Source: Candidatus Rifleibacteriota bacterium (GTDB lineage Bacteria > Muiribacteriota > Ozemobacteria > Ozemobacterales > Ozemobacteraceae). Taken from it: 54,926 nt of DNA. Made by a program: the position numbers and the translations under genes. Where the stretch lies: contig JAQVCG010000005.1 of NCBI GenBank assembly GCA_028689875.1, positions 1 to 54,926 of the forward strand. Reading direction: 5' to 3'. Positions 1-8,863 of this stretch are shown piece after piece. The notes under the pieces are model-generated. The model had not been told where the DNA came from. It searched no databases and worked only from the letters and a program-made list of their open reading frames with translations. Positions within the stretch are counted from its first letter, which is position 1. Each line of letters starts with the position of its first letter.

Positions 1-420
1 GGTGCCCAAAAGTCGATTTTATCAGCTTGCTGCTTGAATTTTGTTGCTAATTCGTTTGATATTCGTAGGTCAGAACTGGTGAATACAATTATTGTGTTAG
101 TCGGAATACCGTTATCATGGAGAGTGTCAGTAAATTCTTTTCTTTGTTTTGCCGGAAAAGAGTCGAAATCTTGAAGGTAAAATAGTTTCGGACTCACGTT
201 AAATGAAAAACCGTATATTGAGTCGAGAATTTCAGGGGTTATTTTTCCGCCACACAAGCATTTGAATACATTAGATTGACGATCTTCTGCTGGAACGAGC
301 TTATTTGTCATAAGCTCAAACATTTTGTTTTTTAAAAAGACTTCGGGCCCACCAAAAATATAAACTGCGTTAGCCGGTTTGCCGCTTTTAATAAGTTTTT
401 CAAGACTTTCTGCGTCCAAA
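1..420 (-). CDS. holA: DNA polymerase III delta subunit-like (HolA), N-terminal part; gene runs off the window start
   Basis: This ORF is not in the ORF track because it has no stop in the window. My reverse-strand translation from TTG 420-418 stays open to position 1: LDAESLEKLIKSGKPANAVYIFGGPEVFLKNKMFELMTNKL...IPTNTIIVFTSSDLRISNELATKFKQQADKIDFW. This resembles the HolA N-terminal domain pattern (..VYL.YGEE.FL.. / ..lvl....d.R). An AAGGA lies about 8 nt upstream of the TTG. Confidence 0.45.
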
Positions 421-442
421 TTTTGAGTCCTTTGTAAAATGT

Positions 443-485
443 AAAAGGGCTTAGTTCTTGCGAATTAAGCCCTTTTGTCTTTTTT
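443..485 (-). terminator. Stem-loop, probable intrinsic (bidirectional-type) terminator downstream of the aminopeptidase gene
   Basis: AAAAGGGCTTA (443-453) pairs with TAAGCCCTTTT (466-476). The hairpin has A/T tracts on both sides and sits immediately 3' of the - strand stop at 487. Confidence 0.5.
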
Positions 486-486
486 A

Positions 487-1923
487 TCAGTAGTGATTCT
501 GCATGAAAGCTTTATATGCGCTCACAGAGTAATGATAGTCAACTTTAGAAATAAGTTCGAAAGGTGAATGCAAACTTAGTGTAGGCAAACAAAGGTCGAT
601 TACATGCATGTTGTTGTTTGCAAGCATGTAAGCAACAGTTCCTCCGCCGCCTTCGTCAACCTTGCCCATTTCGCCAAACTGGTATGGGATATTTTCGGCT
701 GTGAGCATTTTTCTGATTAATGCCATAAACTCAATGTCAGCTTCGCTGCTTCCCGATTTGCCGCCTTTACCTGAATGTTTTGTTACCCAAACGCCTTTAC
801 CGAGAACGCCTGCGTTCATTGGGTCGTTGACTGATTCAAAGTTTGGATCCATTGGGGCATTGGTATCAGCTGAAAGAACTTGGGTCTCGCAAATAGCTCT
901 TCTGATACTTGCGTAAGAACTATCGCCGCAGGTTGCCTCAGTAAGTTGGGCTAATAAATCGACCACTAATTCTGATTGCGCTCCGTTGGGTCCGGTAGAA
1001 CCAATTTCTTCTTTATCTAAGAAAAGTACACAAGCGGTGTGTTCGGGGTTTTTGGTTTCTGCAATTGCTTGGAATCCTGCGTAAACACATGCTCTGTCGT
1101 CATGGCCATAAGCACCAATAATAGCTTTGTCGAATCCGACTTCAGTCGGTTGTATTGCGGGAACTGCTCTGATTTCGGCCCATGCCAAGTCTTCTTCAGT
1201 TAGATTGTATTCTGTCTGTAAATGTCTTAATACGGCATTTTTGACCCTATTTGGAACTTCATTTTCATCTTTTTTCCCGGTGGTAGCGTCAGGTTTATGC
1301 CCCACAATTATATTTAGTTCTTCGCCCATTATTGTATCGTTAGCTTTTCTTTGGTCAAGCTGAATTTTATGACCAACATGGGGTGCTACATCACTAATTG
1401 TGAAGACGGGATCGCCGGGTTTTTCGCCAATTACGAAATTTATAACTTTGGCGTTTTTATCTACTGCAAATATGTGCAAAGATAGGGGTATAGCAACCCA
1501 TTGATACTTTTTGATTCCGCCGTAATAGTGTGTTTTAAACAGCGCAAGATTTTGTTTTTCATAAAGTGGCTGAGCTTTTATGTCTATTCTTGGTACGTCA
1601 AGGTGAGCTGCAATCATTCTGAACCCTTCTTCTATGGGGCGTTTCCCGATTATAGCAAGACCCATCGCTCGGCTTTTGTTAATAAACATAACCTTTGAAC
1701 CGGGTTTTAATTTTTTGCCTTTTCCGAGTTCCGGCAACATTTTAAAGCCTTCTTTATCGGCTAATTTTTTAAGATAGTCTATTGTGGCTCTTTCAGTTTT
1801 GCACTCACTAATAAACTTAATATACTCGTTGTTTCTTTTCTCGAGCAGCTTGTTTTCAGATGCAGGGAGTTTGTCCCAGGCTGATGTAACTTTAAAATAT
1901 GAGATCTCATTCTTTTTGTTCAA
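487..1923 (-). CDS. M18-family aminopeptidase (aminopeptidase 1 / aspartyl aminopeptidase-like)
   Basis: The 478-aa ORF carries AAHLDVPRIDIK, GHDDRACVYAG, LDKEEIGSTG and SLHSPFE segments typical of M18 metallo-aminopeptidases. Confidence 0.85.
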   Translation of the reverse strand: MNKKNEISYFKVTSAWDKLPASENKLLEKRNNEYIKFISECKTERATIDYLKKLADKEGFKMLPELGKGKKLKPGSKVMFINKSRAMGLAIIGKRPIEEGFRMIAAHLDVPRIDIKAQPLYEKQNLALFKTHYYGGIKKYQWVAIPLSLHIFAVDKNAKVINFVIGEKPGDPVFTISDVAPHVGHKIQLDQRKANDTIMGEELNIIVGHKPDATTGKKDENEVPNRVKNAVLRHLQTEYNLTEEDLAWAEIRAVPAIQPTEVGFDKAIIGAYGHDDRACVYAGFQAIAETKNPEHTACVLFLDKEEIGSTGPNGAQSELVVDLLAQLTEATCGDSSYASIRRAICETQVLSADTNAPMDPNFESVNDPMNAGVLGKGVWVTKHSGKGGKSGSSEADIEFMALIRKMLTAENIPYQFGEMGKVDEGGGGTVAYMLANNNMHVIDLCLPTLSLHSPFELISKVDYHYSVSAYKAFMQNHY

Positions 1924-2049
1924 AATAAATTCCTTTCCAAAAGCTTGTTGCCAAGCATTTATTTTATTTGCTCTGAGATTCTATCATATATAATTAAATA
2001 AAAAAAACATTTTATTTAATTCTTTTTGCTTAATTTTAATGTACACTAC

Positions 2050-2078
2050 TTGACAAAAATGAAATTTTACTATATGCT
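2050..2078 (+). promoter_or_regulatory. Putative sigma70-type promoter of the rpmH operon
   Basis: TTGACA sits at 2050-2055, followed by a 15-17 nt AT-rich spacer and a TATATG/TATGCT -10-like hexamer. It lies about 40 nt upstream of the AGGAG (2107-2111) that precedes the rpmH ATG. Confidence 0.4.
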
Positions 2079-2118
2079 GAATCACCTATATTAGGACTTT
2101 AATCTCAGGAGATGACCC

Positions 2119-2253
2119 ATGAGCTTTACTTATAACCCTAACAAACGTAAACGTGCAAAAACACACGGTTTCAGAAAAAGAATGTCTACTGCCACTGGTC
2201 GCAATGTTCTAAAACGACGCAGATTACGTGGCCGAAAAAGACTGACAGTCTGA
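2119..2253 (+). CDS. rpmH: 50S ribosomal protein L34
   Basis: This ORF is below the ORF-track size cutoff, so I translated it myself: [44 protein letters not shown] (44 aa). This is the canonical L34 sequence. An AGGAG Shine-Dalgarno lies 7-8 nt upstream, and the gene sits directly ahead of rnpA. Confidence 0.95.
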   Translation: MSFTYNPNKRKRAKTHGFRKRMSTATGRNVLKRRRLRGRKRLTV

Positions 2254-2260
2254 CCAAACA

Positions 2261-2614
2261 ATGGGGGAACCCATGAGCGTTAGTCGCTCAACATTGCGAG
2301 CTCATTCCGAATTTAAACGAGTCTATTCAGCAAAGACTCGTCTGTTTCGGAATGGGCTGGTATTTTATTATCGCAAAGCCGACGGAGTTGTTTTTAGATT
2401 TGCTGTTTCTGTTCCTAAAAGGTATGGTAAGGCAGTAGAGCGAAATAAGGTGCGTCGTCGTCTAAAAGAGATAATTCGAACAGCTGAAACTTTGCCGGAA
2501 ATGACAGAAGTCGTTTTCGGTGTAAACAGTAAATGTTCTGAATTGTCCTATATGAAGCTAAAATTGGCTTGTGACTGGGCTTTTGAGAAAATGTCTCGGG
2601 ACAAACGTCGGTGA
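2261..2614 (+). CDS. rnpA: Ribonuclease P protein component
   Basis: The ORF carries the [18 protein letters not shown] (RNR-type) motif, follows rpmH, and overlaps yidD by 4 nt. Confidence 0.9.
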   Translation: MGEPMSVSRSTLRAHSEFKRVYSAKTRLFRNGLVFYYRKADGVVFRFAVSVPKRYGKAVERNKVRRRLKEIIRTAETLPEMTEVVFGVNSKCSELSYMKLKLACDWAFEKMSRDKRR

Positions 2615-2862
2615 AGGCTTTTTATATGATTTTGAAAGGCATAATTTCGTTGCCTGCCAAGTTGGGCTTGGCTCTAATTCGCTTGTATCAAAAGTGGGTT
2701 TCCCCGTTGTTAGGTAACGTTTGTCGATTTAGTCCGTCATGTTCCCGTTATACATACGAGGCAATAGTTAAGTATGGCCTGATAAAAGGCTGTTTAATGG
2801 GCTTTTGGCGCATATGCAGGTGTAATCCATTTAGTGAAGGTGGGGATGACCCTGTTAAATAA
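2611..2862 (+). CDS. yidD: Membrane protein insertion efficiency factor YidD
   Basis: [35 protein letters not shown] matches the YidD signature, and the gene has the conserved position between rnpA and yidC. Confidence 0.92.
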   Translation: MKAFYMILKGIISLPAKLGLALIRLYQKWVSPLLGNVCRFSPSCSRYTYEAIVKYGLIKGCLMGFWRICRCNPFSEGGDDPVK

Positions 2863-2897
2863 AAATTTTGATCTAGAATTTCGGAGACAACCATCGA

Positions 2898-4502
2898 ATG
2901 AATATATTTCGCTTTAAATTTAAAACGAGCAGTTTATTCTGCTCGTTTCTTTTGCTATCACTTTGTGTCCTTCTTGAAATTTCTGCTTTTGCTCAGACTC
3001 AGACACAAACTCAAACCGGTGAAAGCGCTATATTGTCAACTTCCTTAGACGATTTGGATAATGACGGCCTTAAAGATGTTACAATCGAAACAAATCTTCT
3101 AAGAGTTGTTATTTCAAGTAAAACAGGAAGCCCATCTGTATATTATTTGAAGGGTTCAAATTTTGAAGAAAATATTTTACCTTCTAAACTTCAAGAACAA
3201 GGTCTTAAAATAGACGAGAACTACTTAAAACCATTTACTTCAGATGTTGTTGGAGCAGACTTTAATTCCGGCTACAAAATTGAAGTTGAAGATGAACAGA
3301 TGAATTCTGTTGTTATTCGTGCTATCGCAAATATTCCTCCCCCTAAAGACGGAAAAGACAGTGTTTCCCTTGTTAAGAGATTTACCTTTACGTTAAACAA
3401 TTATTATTTTAATGCAGAATATATTGTTACAAACCTGTGCGATAGAAAAACTGTTATTGGTGATGAGGCCAATGGTAGTGTGAAGATGTCCTTTGGTCCC
3501 GGTCTGTTCATGGATCCATTCGGCCCTTCAACCTTATTAGGCTTAGAAAGCAATAGCAATGTTCAAGCTTTTTCAGATTATTCAAAGTTAAATTCCTCAG
3601 GCGCTGTTGCAGGGGCTTTTAATGGAATTGGCTTAAGAGATCAATATTTTTGTGTTTTAATTGAAAGCGCTGTTCCTCAAGCAAAGATTAATGCGATTGC
3701 TTTTGATGTTCAAGGTGAAAAAAACGGTAAAACGATTAAACATAGAGGAAATTTGATAAATTGTGTGCTTCCTATGTTTGCTCTTGATGCTAATGATTCA
3801 CGCAGTCTCTCTTTTAAAGTCTATGCAGGTCCAATGATCCTTGACGAGCTCATGAAGGTTAATCGCCCGACTGTATCAGAATATGGCTTTTTAAGCACAA
3901 TGTTGATGCGTGTTTTGCAATTTTTCTATTCTCTTATTCCAAATTACGGTTTAGCAATTATACTGTTGACTGTACTTGTAAGAATAGTTCTTTATCCGTT
4001 GACTTTAAAACAAACTAAGTCCATGGCTGCCATGCAAAAGATTGCACCAAAGGTTCAAGATTTAAAAGATCGTTTTAAAGATAATCCTCAAAAACTAAAT
4101 GAAGAGATATTAAAACTTTACCAAAAAAACAATGTTAACCCATTGGGTGGCTGTTTACCTTTGTTATTACAGCTTCCTGTTTTGATAGCTTTGTATAACA
4201 CCATAAGAATAGCCGTAGAACTTAGAAAAACTCCATTCTTGTGGATTACAGATCTGTCAAAGGGCGATCCACTGCTTATTTTGCCTATAGCTATTGCTAT
4301 TTTAATGTATGTAACCCAAGCCAAACAAGCTTCTGTTGATCCTCAACAAAAGCAAATGATGGCTATGATGCCGATGTTTATGTTTGTAATTACATGGTCA
4401 TTACCGGCAGGTCTGCTCGTTTACTGGTTTGCAAGCAGTGTCTTAGGTATAATGCAACAGTATCAAGCAAATCGAATAATGGCTGCAATGAAGGAGGAAT
4501 AA
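2898..4502 (+). CDS. yidC: Membrane protein insertase YidC (long periplasmic-domain, diderm type)
   Basis: The 534-aa ORF has an N-terminal signal anchor and a large soluble domain. Its C-terminal 60-kDa-IMP core carries LYPLTLKQTKSMAAMQKIAPKVQDLKDRFKD, NPLGGCLPLLLQLPVLIALY and AGLLVYW. Confidence 0.93.
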   Translation: MNIFRFKFKTSSLFCSFLLLSLCVLLEISAFAQTQTQTQTGESAILSTSLDDLDNDGLKDVTIETNLLRVVISSKTGSPSVYYLKGSNFEENILPSKLQEQGLKIDENYLKPFTSDVVGADFNSGYKIEVEDEQMNSVVIRAIANIPPPKDGKDSVSLVKRFTFTLNNYYFNAEYIVTNLCDRKTVIGDEANGSVKMSFGPGLFMDPFGPSTLLGLESNSNVQAFSDYSKLNSSGAVAGAFNGIGLRDQYFCVLIESAVPQAKINAIAFDVQGEKNGKTIKHRGNLINCVLPMFALDANDSRSLSFKVYAGPMILDELMKVNRPTVSEYGFLSTMLMRVLQFFYSLIPNYGLAIILLTVLVRIVLYPLTLKQTKSMAAMQKIAPKVQDLKDRFKDNPQKLNEEILKLYQKNNVNPLGGCLPLLLQLPVLIALYNTIRIAVELRKTPFLWITDLSKGDPLLILPIAIAILMYVTQAKQASVDPQQKQMMAMMPMFMFVITWSLPAGLLVYWFASSVLGIMQQYQANRIMAAMKEE

Positions 4503-4503
4503 T

Positions 4504-5583
4504 ATGACGTATCAAAGAACAATCGAAGTTATCGCAAAAAGTGAAGAAGAGGCTCGTTCCTTAGCTGAAAAACAGCTCGGTTCAAATGAAAAAATTGCAA
4601 AAAGCGAGACATTGTCAGCTCCGGCAAGAGGAATTTTTGGTTTTGTAGGCAGACAGGAATATAAAATTAGATTTCATATTGAAGAGAAGCCTGCAAAAAC
4701 AGAAGAAGTCCTTGTGGAAAAGATTGCAGAAAAGCCAACCTTTAACGACGCGGTTGCCGAAAATTTTGAAGAAGCAGAAGACCTTTCTGAAATGCCTGTC
4801 AGAAGACCAAGGCATATGAATAATGATAACCGAGGAAGCAGAAATAACTCTAGGTCAAATGGTCGCCGAGATAACAATCGCAGAGACGGAAGACGTAATA
4901 GGCGTCCAGAAAGATCGTATGAAGGTGTGGAAGATTTTTCAGACGCAGAAGAGCATATTAATATGCCTGAAAGACCTAAAGAGCCCGTTACAGAAGAAAT
5001 CAAGAATAATACTCTTTATAGCGAAATTTTTGATTTAATCCAATGTGTTGCTAAAAATGTTGGTGTTGAAGAAATACAGCTTAATGATTTTATTCGTGAT
5101 GGAGCTTGGGTAATTGATGCTAGCGGCGAAAATGTGTCGCAGTTAATTGGTAAGCATGGCAAAACTCTTGATTCATTGCAATTTTTGATGAATATTGTTT
5201 TCAATAAAGGCAAAGATGAGAGAACTAAAATTGTTCTTGATGCCCAAGGCTACAGAGAAAAACGCTACAGAAATCTTATTATGTTAGCTAAAAGAATGTC
5301 TAGAAAAGCTGTTTCCGGAAATCGGCCGGTAGAATTAGAACCCATGTCAACCCTTGATAGACGCACGGTTCACATGGCATTGAAAGACAATGAAGAAATT
5401 GAAACGTTTTCAAAAGGTGTAGAGCCTATGAGACGTGTAGTTATCGCGCCTGTTCACAACAAGAAAAAAGGAACAAGTGCCAATAATGAATGGCAGCCAC
5501 TTGTTGTAGACGACAACGATTCGGAAGCCTCTAATACCACGGAAAATACTGCAGTTCCTATGTTCATGGAAGAAGATGTGTAA
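4504..5583 (+). CDS. jag: Jag/KhpB-type RNA-binding protein (Jag_N + KH + R3H) with an Arg/Asn-rich insertion
   Basis: The ORF occupies the conserved position after yidC. It has a KH-like GKHGKTLDSLQFL motif, an R3H-like C-terminus (EPMSTLDRRTVHMAL) and a low-complexity stretch NNDNRGSRNNSRSNGRRDNNRRDGRRNRR. Confidence 0.85.
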   Translation: MTYQRTIEVIAKSEEEARSLAEKQLGSNEKIAKSETLSAPARGIFGFVGRQEYKIRFHIEEKPAKTEEVLVEKIAEKPTFNDAVAENFEEAEDLSEMPVRRPRHMNNDNRGSRNNSRSNGRRDNNRRDGRRNRRPERSYEGVEDFSDAEEHINMPERPKEPVTEEIKNNTLYSEIFDLIQCVAKNVGVEEIQLNDFIRDGAWVIDASGENVSQLIGKHGKTLDSLQFLMNIVFNKGKDERTKIVLDAQGYREKRYRNLIMLAKRMSRKAVSGNRPVELEPMSTLDRRTVHMALKDNEEIETFSKGVEPMRRVVIAPVHNKKKGTSANNEWQPLVVDDNDSEASNTTENTAVPMFMEEDV

Positions 5584-6952
5584 GCCAAAAATTGATACGA
5601 TTGCCGCAGTTTCTACTGCTCAGGGTAGGGCGGCAATAAGCCTTATAAGGGTGTCGGGGCCAAAAACCTTCGAAATACTCAATAGAATATTTGTAAAGGG
5701 GGGAAAAAAAGCTTTTCCCCTCCCTTATTCTGCTTTCTTTGGAAAAATTGTTGACCCTTCAACAAAACAGGTAATTGATGAAGTAATTGTTACAACATTT
5801 CTTTCCCCGCATTCTTACACAGGCGAAGATATCGCTGAAATTGGAGCCCATGGTAATCCTGTTGTAGTAGGCAGAATAATACAACTTCTGATAAAAAATG
5901 GCGCAAGAGCTGCAGAAGCGGGCGAATTTACTAAAAGAGCCTTTTTGAATGGGAAAATGGATTTGCTCGAAGTTGAGGCTATTTCGCAATTATTATCTGC
6001 AAATACTGCCACACAGGCAACAATGGCTTTAAATCAGCTTGATGGTTTACCGTCTAAGTTTGTTGCTGAAATCAGAGAAAAAATTCTAAAGCATCTTGTT
6101 CAACTCGAAGCAAGCTTAAATTTTCCTGAAGATGCGATTGAGTCAATAGACGAATACCAAGTTGGCAGAGAATTAAGAAAAATATTAAATGAACTATATA
6201 TTTTTGCAGACAATGCAAAAAATGGATCTCTCGTATCAGAGGGATTAAAGGTCGCATTACTTGGAAAACCGAATTCCGGAAAATCCAGTTTAATGAATTG
6301 TATTCTGGGAAGAGATAGGGCCATTGTTACGGATATTCCGGGAACAACAAGAGACACGCTTGAAGAAAGTATTTTGATTTCTTCGATTCCTGTTAAAATT
6401 ATTGACACCGCGGGTATGCGAAAGCCGGGAGATAAAGTCGAAGCAATCGGCATTGAGAGAACCTTAAAAGCAGTTGAAGACGCTTATGCTGTTATCGGAG
6501 TTTTCGATGGTTCAGTTGTTGAGACAGAAGAAGACAAGCTAATCTTAGAAAATTTAAAAAAATTAAACAAAAATATAGTATTGGTTTGTAACAAAACAGA
6601 TTTACCTCAAAAAATAAGCAGAGAAATATTTGAGGGCTTCAAAACGGTTGATTTGTCGTGCAAAGAAGGTACCGGATTAGTTGATATTTTTGCCGTCTTA
6701 ACTGATATTTTTAAGACAGATGGAATAGCTGATTTTTATGAAATGGTATTGTTAGGTGCTCAACAAGCTGCTGCACTCGATAAAGCAGTATGTGCACTAG
6801 AGCGTGCTGTTGATGGAATTGGTAAGAATTATCAAGATATGCTTGCAATAGATATGGAAGAAGCAGTAAGAGAATTGGGAAGAGTAAATGGTGAAACGGT
6901 TGATATGAATACTCTTGATTTAATTTTTGAACGCTTCTGCATTGGAAAATAA
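5576..6952 (+). CDS. mnmE: tRNA modification GTPase MnmE
   Basis: DTIAAVST lies at the N-terminus. The G-domain motifs GKPNSGKSSLMN, DIPGTTRD, DTAGMR and NKTD are present. The protein ends in the CIGK tetrapeptide characteristic of MnmE. Confidence 0.95.
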   Translation: MCKPKIDTIAAVSTAQGRAAISLIRVSGPKTFEILNRIFVKGGKKAFPLPYSAFFGKIVDPSTKQVIDEVIVTTFLSPHSYTGEDIAEIGAHGNPVVVGRIIQLLIKNGARAAEAGEFTKRAFLNGKMDLLEVEAISQLLSANTATQATMALNQLDGLPSKFVAEIREKILKHLVQLEASLNFPEDAIESIDEYQVGRELRKILNELYIFADNAKNGSLVSEGLKVALLGKPNSGKSSLMNCILGRDRAIVTDIPGTTRDTLEESILISSIPVKIIDTAGMRKPGDKVEAIGIERTLKAVEDAYAVIGVFDGSVVETEEDKLILENLKKLNKNIVLVCNKTDLPQKISREIFEGFKTVDLSCKEGTGLVDIFAVLTDIFKTDGIADFYEMVLLGAQQAAALDKAVCALERAVDGIGKNYQDMLAIDMEEAVRELGRVNGETVDMNTLDLIFERFCIGK

Positions 6953-6961
6953 TTTTTAATC

Positions 6962-8863
6962 ATGAATAAACATTTTTCGGTCATTGTTGTCGGTGGTGGA
7001 CATGCCGGCTGTGAAGCAGCTTTGGCGTCTGCGCGCCTTGGTGCGGATACTTTACTTGTAACTTTAAATATTTCAACAATTGCCTTAATGCCGTGTAATC
7101 CAAGCATTGGAGGGCCGGGTAAAGGACATTTGGTGAGGGAAATTGGCGTGCTTGGCGGAGAAATGGCCACTTGCATAGATGAAACCTGTGTGCAAATGAA
7201 GTGGCTTAATACTTCTAAGGGCCCTGCTGTCCGCTCAAGAAGAGCTCAGGCAGATAAGTATTTATATAGACAAAGAATGATTGAGACACTGTTCAAAACA
7301 CCTAATTTAGTATTGAGACAGGGTCATGTTACCGAACTTATTGTCGAAAACGGTATTATAAAAGGAATAAAGCTTGAAACAGGATTAATTTTTACCTGTG
7401 AAAAAATTATAGTGACTTCCGGAACATATTTAAATGCCAAGATAATACTTGGTAAATCTTCTTGGAGCGGTGGTCCGCATAATCAAAGTGCAGCAACAGG
7501 GTTATCTGATTCCTTAATAAAAAATGGTATAAGTATAAGACGGCTCCAGACTGCTACCCCACCAAGAGTATTAGATACTTCTGTATCCTTAGATAAGCTT
7601 CGTGAATTACCGGGAGATGTCGATTCGGGGGGATTTACCTGGGAAGATAGATTAAGAAGATATGAAAATCAAATATCTTGTTTTTTAACTTTTACTGACG
7701 AAAGATCTATTGAAGCAGTTAAAAGACATTTGCCAAATAGTCCATTGGTTCTCGAAAACATCACTGACGAGGGTCCTAAACACTGCCCGTCAATTGACAG
7801 AAAAATTTTGAAATTTCCACAAATGGTTACTCACCAAATATTTATTGAACCCGAGGGATGGAATTCAAGAGAATTATATTTGCAAGGCCTTACAACAGCA
7901 ATGCCTCCGGTTGCTCAAGAAGATATTTTATCAAGTGTCGTTGGCTTAGAAAATGCTGTTATACTTCGGTATGGTTATGCCATTGAATACGATGCTCTTT
8001 CACCCGGTCAATTCCGAAAAACAATGGAAAGCCGAATAGTTAAAGGGCTATATACAGCAGGACAACTTAATGGAACCTCAGGCTATGAAGAAGCTGCAGC
8101 ACAAGGCTTAATTGCAGGAATCAATGCAGTTCTTGCTTTAAAAAATAAGGCGCCGTATTGGCCTTCTCGAACTAAGAGCTATATCGGCGTTTTAGTTGAC
8201 GATCTTTCGATTTGGGATAGGCCTGAACCATATCGAATAACACCGGGTCATGCTGAATTCAGATTGACTTTAAGAGATGATTCTGCAGAAAGAAGACTAA
8301 TTGAAGACGGCTATAATATTGGATTAGTTTCGCAGAGCAGATATGAAAAAATACTGGCATGGAAAAATAGAATAGAAAATGAAATAATCAGAATGTCTGA
8401 TTTAAGTTTATTGCCTAAAACAGAAAACCGCGAGATGATGCAAAAGCTTAATACAGGCGACTTAAAGAAAAGAGTTAGTTGTGTTGAACTCTTGCAAAGA
8501 CCCGGGTTAAGCTATAATCAGCTAATGGGGCTTCTCGAAGAGAATAAAGAGCTAAGCAACTCGGATGAAGTTTACTCACTAGAAACTGATATAAAATATA
8601 AAGGTTATGCAGAGCGTGAAAATGAAAGAATTGTTCAGACGCAATTTTTGGAAAAAATAAGATTACCTATTTCTTTTTTTGATCCAAAACTGGAAATTTT
8701 GTCACAAGAAACAAAATTAGTGTTAAAATCAGATAAATATGATGATCTTGGGCAAGCTGTGAGAAAAGGAAGTGTCAGTAAAACTGACTTAGCATTGATT
8801 CTAGCTGTTTATGGTCAGAAAGTGCAGGATTATTCATTAAACGGAGAAGAAGATGTTAAATAA
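6962..8863 (+). CDS. mnmG: MnmG/GidA-family FAD-dependent tRNA U34 modification enzyme, divergent paralog 1
   Basis: VVGGGHAGCEAALASA, MPCNPSIGGPGKGHLVREIGVLGGEM, HCPSIDRK, GYAIEYD and NGTSGYEEAAAQGL are present, and the C-terminal domain is full length. It deviates from canonical motifs: SGGPHNQS replaces GRAGE, and TPGHAEFRL replaces FTSRAEYRL. Confidence 0.85.
   Translation: MNKHFSVIVVGGGHAGCEAALASARLGADTLLVTLNISTIALMPCNPSIGGPGKGHLVREIGVLGGEMATCIDETCVQMKWLNTSKGPAVRSRRAQADKYLYRQRMIETLFKTPNLVLRQGHVTELIVENGIIKGIKLETGLIFTCEKIIVTSGTYLNAKIILGKSSWSGGPHNQSAATGLSDSLIKNGISIRRLQTATPPRVLDTSVSLDKLRELPGDVDSGGFTWEDRLRRYENQISCFLTFTDERSIEAVKRHLPNSPLVLENITDEGPKHCPSIDRKILKFPQMVTHQIFIEPEGWNSRELYLQGLTTAMPPVAQEDILSSVVGLENAVILRYGYAIEYDALSPGQFRKTMESRIVKGLYTAGQLNGTSGYEEAAAQGLIAGINAVLALKNKAPYWPSRTKSYIGVLVDDLSIWDRPEPYRITPGHAEFRLTLRDDSAERRLIEDGYNIGLVSQSRYEKILAWKNRIENEIIRMSDLSLLPKTENREMMQKLNTGDLKKRVSCVELLQRPGLSYNQLMGLLEENKELSNSDEVYSLETDIKYKGYAERENERIVQTQFLEKIRLPISFFDPKLEILSQETKLVLKSDKYDDLGQAVRKGSVSKTDLALILAVYGQKVQDYSLNGEEDVK

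Noticed and set aside
662-1993. Several 65-84-aa + strand ORFs inside or opposite the M18 aminopeptidase gene.
   Set aside because: They are typical antisense shadows of a long, motif-supported gene, with no start signals and low-complexity hydrophobic composition.
1924-2118. A possible replication origin or DnaA-box region next to rpmH.
   Set aside because: dnaA is not adjacent; an aminopeptidase gene is. I found no TTATCCACA-like boxes in the 195-nt gap. It reads as an ordinary AT-rich promoter region.
6832-7176. A 114-aa - strand ORF spanning the mnmE/mnmG junction.
   Set aside because: It is antisense to two strongly supported genes, and its Pro/Ser/Ala-rich composition mirrors the Gly-rich FAD motif.
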